DNA of 38,219 nucleotides from NCBI RefSeq assembly GCF_001194135.2, contig NC_069004.1:5638567-5676785 (forward strand), read 5' to 3'. Of this stretch, positions 10,161 through 21,481 are shown piece by piece. The position numbers were made by a program, and so were the translations under genes. A model generated the notes under the pieces. That model saw only the letters and a list, made by a program, of their open reading frames with translations, had not been told where the DNA came from and ran no database searches. How positions within the stretch are numbered: the first letter of the stretch is position 1; the number at the start of each line of letters is the position of its first letter. The DNA comes from Octopus bimaculoides (Eukaryota).

Positions 10161-10406
10161 ATAACCTTCGAGCAGATAGTCAGCAGCGCCGCCTGGCTAA
10201 GGCTTGGCTACTCTGCATTGACAAGGGGCAACACCCTGAAACTAGTCTAGTCTGCAGATGCCAAACCAGCAGGGGGACACTGCTGACCTCCCCTGTTCGA
10301 AGGTTATAAAGGACACAGGTTTCGTGTGTCACATAGCTAGCTAGAGGCGATGGCTTCTTGGAGCTAATTCACGGCAGCTTTCGTCCTAATTTTGGGACTG
10401 CCATGT
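10161..10406 (+). mobile_element. Retrozyme-like / non-autonomous Penelope-associated structured element carrying the hammerhead
   Basis: Nested inverted repeats around the hammerhead: 10161-75/10293-307 (15 bp, one G-U), 10179-86/10280-87 (8 bp), 10193-96/10266-69, 10204-08/10260-64. Non-coding; runs into gap 10407-10875. Boundaries approximate. Confidence 0.55.
10212..10258 (+). ncRNA. Type-I hammerhead ribozyme motif with U3-A8 core variant
   Basis: Stem I tctgca(10212-17)/tgcaga(10253-58); core TTGACAA(10218-24); stem II GGGG-caaca-CCCT(10225-37); GAAA(10238-41); stem III ACTAG-T-CTAGT(10241-51); cleavage triplet GUC, predicted cut after 10252. Confidence 0.85.
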
Positions 10407-10875
10407 NNNNNNNNNNNNNNNNNNNNNNNNNNNNNNNNNNNNNNNNNNNNNNNNNNNNNNNNNNNNNNNNNNNNNNNNNNNNNNNNNNNNNNNNNNNNNN
10501 NNNNNNNNNNNNNNNNNNNNNNNNNNNNNNNNNNNNNNNNNNNNNNNNNNNNNNNNNNNNNNNNNNNNNNNNNNNNNNNNNNNNNNNNNNNNNNNNNNNN
10601 NNNNNNNNNNNNNNNNNNNNNNNNNNNNNNNNNNNNNNNNNNNNNNNNNNNNNNNNNNNNNNNNNNNNNNNNNNNNNNNNNNNNNNNNNNNNNNNNNNNN
10701 NNNNNNNNNNNNNNNNNNNNNNNNNNNNNNNNNNNNNNNNNNNNNNNNNNNNNNNNNNNNNNNNNNNNNNNNNNNNNNNNNNNNNNNNNNNNNNNNNNNN
10801 NNNNNNNNNNNNNNNNNNNNNNNNNNNNNNNNNNNNNNNNNNNNNNNNNNNNNNNNNNNNNNNNNNNNNNNNNNN

Positions 10876-10913
<38 letters not shown>

Positions 10914-11334
10914 TTATACATACACACACCCAATTGTGAATGGCACTGCTTACAATTGCCAGTACATTCCGTGTGGGAGGAAGAAAGATGCAAAAGAAGA
11001 CATCGTTAAGGAATTCTGGATCAATATCCGACCGTAATTTCTTATTATTTCCTCTTAATGCTTAATAAAATTGGTTGAGTTGCAGTGTGCTATGTGGGAG
11101 GTGGATAGATATAGATGGTGAGAGATGGATTGCTAGATAGCGATAGATAACCAGAAATGGAATGATAGATTGGTAAACAGAAAGAGAGAGATAGAGAGAG
11201 AGAGTCCGTGATAGATAGATTAATGGATGGATAGACAGACATAATAGCTAGGGATACATACATGGAAAGGTTGATAGATAGAGACAGGTAGTCAAAAATA
11301 GATTGATAGAAACACTGACAGCTGAACAGAAAGA

Positions 11335-11388
<54 letters not shown>

Positions 11389-11614
11389 GTCAGTGATAGA
11401 TAACTGGATAGATAGATAGATAGATATTTAGGGTTGATAGATGTAGGTAGATAGATAGACAGGCAGATAGATAGATAAATAGATGGATAGATGGAGAAAG
11501 TTAGATAGATAGATAGATAGATAGATATTTAGGGTTGATAGATGTAGATAGATAGGCAGATGGATAGATAGATAAATAGATAGATAGATAAATAGATAAA
11601 GAGATAGACAGATG

Positions 11615-11651
<37 letters not shown>

Positions 11652-11760
11652 CAAGATTGATAGATGTAGATAGATAAAGAGAGAAAGAAATAATCAGTGA
11701 TTGATAAATAGATTGATTGATAGATGTAGATAGATAGATAGCTACTGAGAGAGAGAGAAA
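11335..11760. repeat. (GA)n plus (GATA)n satellite field
   Basis: Directly visible, with repeated unit gatatttagggttgatagatgtag. Confidence 0.95.
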
Positions 11761-11843
11761 GAGCTAGATTGATTGGTTATGTGTGTATGTATGTGTATTT
11801 TGATGTAGAAGTGTTTCTCTGTGTGTCTGAGTGAGTGGGAGTG

Positions 11844-11881
<38 letters not shown>

Positions 11882-12175
11882 CCTATGACCTGCAAGTATG
11901 TTTCTGCACTATAGTGTTTGTGGTATATAATAATTATGAATGTGTGTGTGGTTCTGTATTGTAATGAACAATTTTCTGATGGACAGTTGCCAATGTATGT
12001 GTATAGGTTTGTATGGAGGTGTTCACACACGTGTGTGTGTGCGTGTGCATATGTGTGTGTGTGTGCACATCTCAGCAGGCTTTGTACGGAAGTGTTTGTG
12101 TATGTATATATGTACGTGCATGTATGTGTGTGCATGAAAATTTGGGCATTTATATATTTGCGACATATATGTAGA

Positions 12176-12211
<36 letters not shown>

Positions 12212-12694
12212 AGAGGGCTGCTTTAGTAATAAACCTGTGTGTGTGTCTGTGCATGCGCATGTATGTGTGCTTGTTTGTTCTCTATTCCTATGTTCCTCTC
12301 TGNNNNNNNNNNNNNNNNNNNNNNNNNNNNNNNNNNNNNNNNNNNNNNNNNNNNNNNNNNNNNNNNNNNNNNNNNNNNNNNNNNNNNNNNNNNNNNNNNN
12401 NNNNNNNNNNNNNNNNNNNNNNNNNNNNNNNNNNNNNNNNNNNNNNNNNNNNNNNNNNNNNNNNNNNNNNNNNNNNNNNNNNNNNNNNNNNNNNNNNNNN
12501 NNNNNNNNNNNNNNNNNNNNNNNNNNNNNNNNNNNNNNNNNNNNNNNNNNNNNNNNNNNNNNNNNNNNNNNNNNNNNNNNNNNNNNNNNNNNNNNNNNNN
12601 NNNNNNNNNNNNNATATATATATATATAAATAAATAAAACAAAATAATGAATTGGTCAGTCACTGGACAAAAAAGAAAAAAAACAAAAAGAAAT

Positions 12695-12846
12695 GCGTGG
12701 CTGTCTGGTAAGAAGCTTGCCGCCCAACCACATGGTTCCAGGTTCAGTTCCACTGTGTCGTACCTTGGACAGGTGTTTTTTTCTATAGCTTTGGGCCAAA
12801 CGAAACTTTGTGGGTGGACATGGTACAGGCCAACTGAAAGAGGTCA

Positions 12847-12879
<33 letters not shown>

Positions 12880-13022
12880 GTGTGTTTATGTCCCCATAAC
12901 TTAGTGGTTTGGCAAAAGAGACAGATAGAAAAAAACAGTACTTGAGGTCAGTTCATTTGACTGAAATATTCTTCGAGGTGGTGCTCTAGCATGGCCGCAG
13001 TCTAATGACTGAAACAGGTAAA
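12695..13022 (+). mobile_element. tRNA-derived SINE family B, near full length
   Basis: Head gcgtggctgtctggtaagaagc...ggttcagttccac, internal (GT)n, tail ggtgctctagcatggccgcagtc...tgactgaaaca; homologous copies listed separately. Confidence 0.85.
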
Positions 13023-13140
13023 ATATAAAAAGACAGTAAAATACAAAAATAATGAATAAACATTCTTATCATGTGTGTATGTGTGTATTTGCTTGTGTGA
13101 ATACTTTTCTATATGGCATTTATTTATGCGTGTAATTTCT

Positions 13141-13149
<9 letters not shown>

Positions 13150-13172
<23 letters not shown>

Positions 13173-13400
13173 GTTGCCATCACTGTAATGTCTATTTCTC
13201 CATGTTTGCATGGATCAGACAAAGTTCATTGAGGAAGTTTATTTTCCTACAGCTGGATGCCTTTCCTGTCACTAACCCCCACCACTTGTTTCCAAGCAAG
13301 GAAAATATTTCCCCATAACTAAACATGTTTGTGCAGAATGTTTGAAATGAATGGCATTCATTTTAACAACAGTCATATGATATCAAGACAAGGAGACACC
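13150..13400 (-). mobile_element. SINE family C-related copy
   Basis: (cat)n...ttctccatgtttgcatgg...ctacagctggatgcctttcctgtcac...caagcaagg; homologous to 4490 and 35560. Confidence 0.65.
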
Positions 13401-13760
13401 GAAGCTGCTTAGAAATGATATCTGTGAAGAGAGAGAAAAAAATAAACAGCAATAAAATTTGGTTAAAAACAAGGCAAATCTTGTGCAAGGGGAATAACTC
13501 AGAATTACCTGAATCTTCCAAAGAAGAGTTTGTAAGATTCATAATCTTCTACTTGTTTCTGAACTTTTCTGTTTGATAATATATAGTTGAAAGTAGGAAT
13601 TTTGAAACATGCCTGCATCTATCCAGCATTTCAGATTGTTTTTTTTGGCTTAAGACATTCATGTCATGAGATAAAACGAGTAACATTAAATTACACTTTG
13701 GTGAAAGGGTTTATGAAATTTTAGCTTCTGTGGTTGTATGTGTACACACAGACACACATA

Positions 13761-13801
<41 letters not shown>

Positions 13802-14191
13802 TTGTATGTATATATACATACAAACATATGAGTTGAAAGCTTTCATATATATTGACATGTGGGCATATATACGCACTTAAGAAAAATCAAGATCATAAAT
13901 ATGATGAATGGAAAAGGAAAAATAATCTTCTCATCAGCCATGACACCAGAATCAAATGTAGTTGCAACAAGCGGCAACTACTGAAAACTTTGATTATATG
14001 TATATATGCACACATATAGGCATGTATATGGAGGAATGTATGTATATGTATGCACACATATAGGCATGTATACTTGTGACACAGGCACACATACATCTAG
14101 GTATATGTATGTGTGTATGTGTGTAAACAGATGTGTATGTAAAAATACAAACTCATAAATACATTCACACAGATATACAGGCATATGTGCC

Positions 14192-14251
<60 letters not shown>

Positions 14252-14744
14252 AATATATATATATACACACAGATAAAGCATATATAGTTATAAATGTATA
14301 TTCATCTGTCTATGCTTGGTTGAATACATCTGTATGTATGTTTGTATGTATGTATGTATGTATGTGTACATAGTTACAATCACTGTGTATTTACAAAAAC
14401 GAAAAAAAAAAAGAAAAGAAAAGAACCCAACTAAAATCAGAGTAAAACAAAATTAATTAGAGACCGTCATAATGCAGCATTTTGAAAATGGATAGAAATT
14501 AATTTTCTCACTCTTTCTCTTTTTCTTTTTTATTCTTTTAGACAACTCAGTCCATTGTCTTCCTTTAATATTTCAAGCAAGCTGCAAGAGTTCCATTCAT
14601 AAGAAAACTAGGTTATTTTACAGCTTGAGATAGAATTCATCTTTTTTTGGGCTGCATGGAATGCGGGCAGTCTTTTAGAGTGAAATGGATTAGTTCCTCT
14701 CTCACATGCAAACATGCATGCTTTTGCACACATACACACACATG

Positions 14745-14811
<67 letters not shown>

Positions 14812-14999
14812 GCATATACGCTCGCCATATGTATCTGCGCACATTAGTATACACCCCGCCTCACATGTAATGTACAAAGTATATATTGTAATATCATACA
14901 AGGATTCGTATGTGTGTGTGTGTATGTATGTATATATATATATATGTACTCTTATGCATATACATATATATATATATGTATTATATATATATATTTATG

Positions 15000-15030
<31 letters not shown>

Positions 15031-15293
15031 CAAAGGTCAATCAGTGCATTGCCGACTCACTGTAGCATTCATACCTATGAATGTATGTGTGTGTATGTAT
15101 ATTTGTGTATGTATGTATGTATGTGTGTATCTCCTTCTCTCTCTCTATCTCTCTATCTATATATATAATTGAAATTTAGAGGTAATACTTGACAATTGTA
15201 AGCACCTGTGTATTCCAGCTAGTGGTTGCGGTGAAAGAATAAATTGTAAATCCAAAAGAAAAAAAGAAAAAATAACAACAAAACTACAAAGGA

Positions 15294-15415
15294 TTCCGCG
15301 GTACACGTGTTTCAAGCTCTACATGTGCATAATATAATATAATATAATATAATATAATATAACATAATATAATATGTGTATAATCTACAATGTAAAGCTA
15401 CCCTCAGCCGCAAAA
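15294..15415 (-). ncRNA. Second copy of the same hammerhead motif, probably inactive (left arm)
   Basis: Reverse complement of 15658-15774, but the core reads CTGAGGG (A9 to G, 15401-15407). Confidence 0.6.
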
Positions 15416-15657
15416 TTATCTCTCTCCCAGGAAATTATACCATCTCGACGTTGAAGTAAGAAGAAATGTGTGANNNNNNNNNNNNNNNNNNNNNNNAGGT
15501 ATGGAAGGTTTTCGAAGGACCTGAGAGATTATGTCCGGGTGGAGAATTATACCAGATATAGTACTATACAGAATACCGAAAGGATCTTCACCTCTTACAT
15601 CACACATTTCTTCTTACTTCAACGTCGAGATGGTATAATTTCCTGGGAGAGAGATAA

Positions 15658-15774
15658 TTTTGCGGCTGAGGATAGCTTTACATTGTAGATTATACACATA
15701 TTATATTATATTATGTTATATTATATTATATTATATTATACACATGTAGAGCTTGAAACACGTGTACCGCGGAA
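15658..15774 (+). ncRNA. Type-I hammerhead motif with microsatellite-expanded loop II (right arm of inverted repeat)
   Basis: Stem I ttttgcgg(15658-65)/ccgcggaa(15767-74); core CTGAGGA(15666-72); stem II agctttacat(15674-83)/atgtagagct(15744-53) enclosing (TTATA)n; GAAA(15755-58); palindromic stem III ACACGTGT; triplet GUA, cut after 15766. The 10.1-11.1 pair is U/U (non-canonical). Confidence 0.7.
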
Positions 15775-16299
15775 TCCTTTGTAGTTTTGTTGTTACTTTT
15801 TTCTTTTGGATTTACAATTTATCTATCTATATATATATATGTACACACACGTACATATTCATATATACATATTTAAATATATATTTATATATATATATAT
15901 TTGTGTGTATATAAATGCATATATATATGTATATATATATGTTTATATTAAATGGCTGTGAACTTTTGTTTACAACTATTTCACTTTTACCTACATTCAC
16001 CGTTCACCACCTGTCCACATAAACATAGAAAACACACCTTGATGTATTTGTACAAACACAGATGAACACATAATTAAAACATAGCACATAGTCACGCACA
16101 CATACCTGTAATTGTATACTAATGCACACAGCTGTGCGTAGACAATGGTTACACCACGACTCACTGCAGGGCCTCTCACCTCTATGGTGTAATTGATAAT
16201 AATGATGATGATAATAATAATAGTAATAATAATGGTGGTGGTGGTGGTTATATCATGTCCAGCTGTTATCACCTTGTTACAATTGTGACATGGTTGAGT

Positions 16300-16494
16300 G
16301 TGTTTTCTGGAGCACTGCCGTTACTTGAACAAATCGCCCGCAGGCGATTTCTTTGTAAGCCTAGTACCTATTCTATCGGTCTTTTTTGCCCAACCACTAA
16401 GTTACGGGGATGTAAACACACCATCATCAGTTGTCAAGCGATGGTAGGGGGACAGGCACAGAAACACACAGACATACATACATGTAAATATACG

Positions 16495-16525
<31 letters not shown>

Positions 16526-16670
16526 CTATATATATACATATATATATGTATATATATCAAGTGAGCTTGGAAGCTATAATAGAAGACACTTGCCTAAGGT
16601 GCCTTGCAGTGGGATTGAACTGAGAATCATGTGGTTGAGAAGTGAGCTGAACTTCTTAACCACACAGCTA
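16300..16670 (-). mobile_element. SINE family B, with internal (TA)n
   Basis: Reverse complement of the tail (16300-16460) and head (16560-16670). Confidence 0.75.
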
Positions 16671-16741
16671 CACCTTCATATATATATATAACATACATAC
16701 ACACATATATAGATATATATGTATATAAATTTGTGTATATG

Positions 16742-16788
<47 letters not shown>

Positions 16789-17121
16789 GTGCGTATATAT
16801 GTATATCTGTGTCTATATACATGCACACAGCCAATACTTTGAGGTAAATTTTCTACATATTTTCTGTCAATTTCTGTCTGAATTTGATTCTGCTTAATAG
16901 CAAGGACAATTGCCAAATTAGCGATCATCAACTTAATTAGTTCTCATGCACTCTTAATTAATAAATGCTTCGTTTAGATGAATTAAAATGCACCGCGTCA
17001 TGTCTACTAGTGTCTACTTCCCGCACAGGCACACGTACATTAATGCATACACAAATGAGTTTCCATGTAGCTGTATATACATTTGTATATTTGTTTGAGT
17101 TACAGAATGTACATGTTATAC

Positions 17122-17159
<38 letters not shown>

Positions 17160-17443
17160 ATGTGTGTGTGTGTGTGTGTGTGTGTATGTATATATATCTG
17201 TGTTTATATGTATGTGTATGTTAATTCATAGTATAAGTGTGTATATACATATATGTATATATTTGCATATATGTATATACACACACATTTATGTGTATAT
17301 ACACACACATTTATGTGTATATATATACATGTGTGTGTGTGTGTGTATTTGAAGATTAAAGTATGTGCATATGCTATGTATATACATATATACATTTAAG
17401 TTTGTGTAAACTACACATAAGTATATGCACTTACATGCATATA

Positions 17444-17493
<50 letters not shown>

Positions 17494-18427
17494 NNNNNNN
17501 NNNNNNNNNNNNNNNNNNNNNNNNNNNNNNNNNNNNNNNNNNNNNNNNNNNNNNNNNNNNNNNNNNNNNNNNNNNNNNNNNNNNNNNNNNNNNNNNNNNN
17601 NNNNNNNNNNNNNNNNNNNNNNNNNNNNNNNNNNNNNNNNNNNNNNNNNNNNNNNNNNNNNNNNNNNNNNNNNNNNNNNNNNNNNNNNNNNNNNNNNNNN
17701 NNNNNNNNNNNNNNNNNNNNNNNNNNNNNNNNNNNNNNNNNNNNNNNNNNNNNNNNNNNNNNNNNNNNNNNNNNNNNNNNNNNNNNNNNNNNNNNNNNNN
17801 NNNNNNNNNNNNNNNNNNNNNNNNNNNNNNNNNNNNNNNNNNNNNNNNNNNNNNNNNNNNNNNNNNNNNNNNNNNNNNNNNNNNNNNNNNNNNNNNNNNN
17901 NNNNNNNNNNNNNNNNNNNNNNNNNNNNNNNNNNNNNNNNNNNNNNNNNNNNNNNNNNNNNNNNNNNNNNNNNNNNNNNNNNNNNNNNNNNNNNNNNNNN
18001 NNNNNNNNNNNNNNNNNNNNNNNNNNNNNNNNNNNNNNNNNNNNNNNNNNNNNNNNNNNNNNNNNNNNNNNNNNNNNNNNNNNNNNNNNNNNNNNNNNNN
18101 NNNNNNNNNNNNNNNNNNNNNNNNNNNNNNNNNNNNNNNNNNNNNNNNNNNNNNNNNNNNNNNNNNNNNNNNNNNNNNNNNNNNNNNNNNNNNNNNNNNN
18201 NNNNNNNNNNNNNNNNNNNNNNNNNNNNNNNNNNNNNNNNNNNNNNNNNNNNNNNNNNNNNNNNNNNNNNNNNNNNNNNNNNNNNNNNNNNNNNNNNNNN
18301 NNNNNNNNNNNNNNNNNNNNNNNNNNNNNNNNNNNNNNNNNNNNNNNNNNNNNNNNNNNNNNNNNNNNNNNNNNNNNNNNNNNNNNNNNNNNNNNNNNNN
18401 NNNNNNNNNGTTCAAAGATTTGTGGCA

Positions 18428-18720
18428 TTATCATCATCATCATCATCATCATTTAGCTGATGAAAGAAACTGGCATGGGTTGGACAGTTTGACTGGGCAA
18501 GCGCATTGGAAGGCTGCACCAGGCTCCAGTCTGATTTGGCAGAGTTTCTACAGATGGATGCCCTTCCTAGCGCCAACCACTCTGAGAGTGTAATGGGTGC
18601 TTTCATGTGCCATTTGTGTGACACCAGTATCTGCCACTGCGATTTTGCTCGGTTTGATGGGTCTTCTTCTCAAGCACGACATGATGCCAAATGTCTCGGT
18701 CATTGCCTCCATGGGGCCCA
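18428..18720 (-). mobile_element. SINE family C, 3' part
   Basis: (cat)n followed by ggcatgggttggacagtttgac...gatgcccttcctagcgccaaccac. Confidence 0.75.
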
Positions 18721-19099
18721 AAACTCAAAAGGAGTTTGATGTATACATATATATGTGTGTATGTGTGTATTTGTGTATACGTATATCTCTGTGTGTATAC
18801 AAACACATGTATATATGTATGTGAGTGAGTGAGAGTGTGTATGTATGTATGTATGTAGGTACCTACTTGTATGTGAGAGAGAATGCCTTAGTGTATGTAT
18901 GTATAAGTGTGTACTTGTGCGTTTCTGATAGCATTATCTGTTTGTGTGTGCATGTACGCGCATGTGTGCATCTGCGTGTGTGCAAAATCTTATGTTGCCA
19001 CAGCTTCTGTGTGCGTGTGTTCGGATTGATTCTGTGCCTGATCTCAATCTTCCGATTTCTTCATTCTTCAACTGTAGAATTAGTAAAAGTAGCGGCAGT

Positions 19100-19609
19100 G
19101 GTAATGCACACACACATACGTACACGCACATGCACATACATACTTGCACACGCAAACACACACACGCAAACACAAACACACACAAACATACACAAACACA
19201 CACACATGCACATACATACTTGCACACACAAACATACACATGCAAACACACACATACATGCCCACACACAAACATACACATGTACATACATACATGCATA
19301 CATACATACTTGCTCACACAAACATACACATACATGCACACACACACACATAAATACACTCTTACATGCATAAACATAAACTCATGCACACAACACACAC
19401 ACACACACATGCACATTAAAAATAAACACATGCACACACATACACATACATACACACACATACACACATTTACAAGCACATACTCACAAACATGCACACC
19501 CACACAAACATACATGCATACGCACACATACTTATGCACATGCATGCACACACATGTACGCAATACAGACGTGCTTCAGCATATGCATAAGAATGCACCT
19601 GCATGCAGG

Positions 19610-19659
<50 letters not shown>

Positions 19660-19760
19660 CTTGCACATTGGCTCAAACACACACACATATAAGAGAAAAT
19701 CTACATAAACATATACAGATCTGCATACACTAACACACACATAAATATCCATTTATAGAA
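19100..19760. repeat. Degenerate (CA)n/(CATA)n field
   Basis: Directly visible; source of the HTHT and CVCV ORFs. Confidence 0.95.
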
Positions 19761-19863
19761 TGCACACATGCATTAATATTCCAAGAGTTCCAGACATGCA
19801 CTTTTGTTTAAATACACACACACACAATTAACGAGTGCATATATACACATATATACATGCATA

Positions 19864-20076
19864 CGAGGGGGTTGCTGAAAAGTCCCTGGCATTGAGTGAA
19901 AGAAAATACAGGAAGATAATTTAATTATGATTTTAATCAACATATTCCCCTCTCAGATCCACACACTTATCACAGTGGTCCTTCAGGTTTTGAAAACCCT
20001 GTAAAAGAACTCAGAAGGTTGGGCCTCCAGCCAGGCCTTTCACGATACCCTAAAAGCCTGAAAGTTTTCAGCACCC
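19864..20076. mobile_element. Mariner-like MITE, decayed
   Basis: TA|cgagggggttgctgaaaagtccctggc at the left end and imperfect complement gcctgaaagttttcagcaccc at the right end. Confidence 0.6.
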
Positions 20077-20083
20077 AGTCTTC

Positions 20084-20117
<34 letters not shown>

Positions 20118-20314
20118 CACATGCAAGCAATAATAGATTATAGTGTAACACATGCACTCATACACATGTGTGTGTATATGTGTACACTCGTGAATATATA
20201 TATCTTTCTATTTGTGTATATATTTATGTGTATGTATGTATGTATGTGTATATAGATATATCTATGTATGTATGTATATATATATGTGTGTGTGTGTATA
20301 TGTATCTAGATATA

Positions 20315-20359
<45 letters not shown>

Positions 20360-20599
20360 GTATGCATATATGTGTGTGTGTGTGTATCTATGTATGTGAA
20401 AAAGTATGCATGTGTGTATATATATATATGTATGTGTGTATATGTATGTGTGTGTGTATCTATGTATGTGAAGATGTATGTGTGTGTATATATATGTGTG
20501 TGTGTATATGTGTGTTTGTATGTGTGTGTGTGTGTCTCATGCACCATTTTCTTCCTGTTCTGCATTTTCTATCAAGCTACGACTAATAGTTCCTAACGC

Positions 20600-21380
20600 T
20601 GCGCTATCACTGCAACAACTACCACTGCCACCACCACCACCACCACAACAACAACCACCACCACCACCACCACCACTTCAACTACAACTGCTACTACCTC
20701 AAATTAACATCACAACCACAACCATTTTCATTGTCATCATCGATATCATCATCATCAGCAGCATCACCATGCCATCACTGCTACTACTACTGCTGCTGCT
20801 GTTGCTGCTGTGTTGACGTCGACTCTGACTCACTGTGGCACCGCCAACCATTAGCATAGAAGACACACACCAGAACCAAAGATGGCAGCAACGGAACTGC
20901 TCTGCTGGTTTCTACCTTGCCGCTACTGTTATGACCAACACCACAATCACAATCACAGCCACGACCACCACCTCTGATACGTTCCTTCCTCCTCGGAGAG
21001 GCCGAATCTTTCGAAGGTTTCTCACTGTGGCCTCCACACCACTAACACCACCACCACCACCACCGCCACTAACGACAAATGTCTCTTCTTCCTCGCTTCT
21101 TCTTCGACCGTACCCTCCCCCTCTCCCCCACCACTTCTCCATTCACTCGCACCGGCACCGCCTCCGCCACAAAGCGTTAGAAGCGGTGGCACAAAAGCCA
21201 AGAATATCCTCGTCTCGATCCGTTCGACATTGGATTAGATCCGGCAATATACTACTACTTCTACTATTAATACTATTGCTACTACTACTTTTACTGCTAC
21301 TGCTCCTCCTACTACTACTACTGCTTCTACTGCTGCTACTACTATTTGTACTACTATTAGTAGCAGCAGCAGCAGTATTA
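20600..21380. repeat. Mixed (CCA)/(CTA)/(CTG)n field with a CpG-rich unique insert
   Basis: Directly visible. Confidence 0.85.
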
Positions 21381-21450
21381 GGGAGTGAGAAAGTATAAGG
21401 GGCCCCTAAATAATTTATCTTCCATTAATTTTACTGTTCAGCTCTGAAGA

Positions 21451-21481
<31 letters not shown>

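Larger units (their letters stand above)
15239..15822. mobile_element. Long inverted repeat (arms 15239-15473 and 15600-15822), Penelope-like element end with inverted pseudo-LTR
   Basis: Arms are near-identical reverse complements with a few substitutions, one indel and different pentamer counts. Each carries a hammerhead. The spacer contains gap 15474-15496 and unique sequence 15497-15599. Confidence 0.65.

Noticed and set aside
18456-18470. CTGATGA followed closely by GAAAC; similar lone cores near 25428, 28222, 30326, 35506 and 36697
   Set aside because: No stem II or stem I pairing around the motifs.
8250-20000. Many TGCATG (Rbfox-binding) hexamers, suggesting autoregulation
   Set aside because: Almost all arise within degenerate CA/TG/TA microsatellites and none cluster next to a supported exon.
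20835-21398. 187-aa ORF MAPPTISIED...
   Set aside because: Starts at GTG, dominated by poly-Thr/Pro/Leu repeats, no recognisable family or bounding splice sites.
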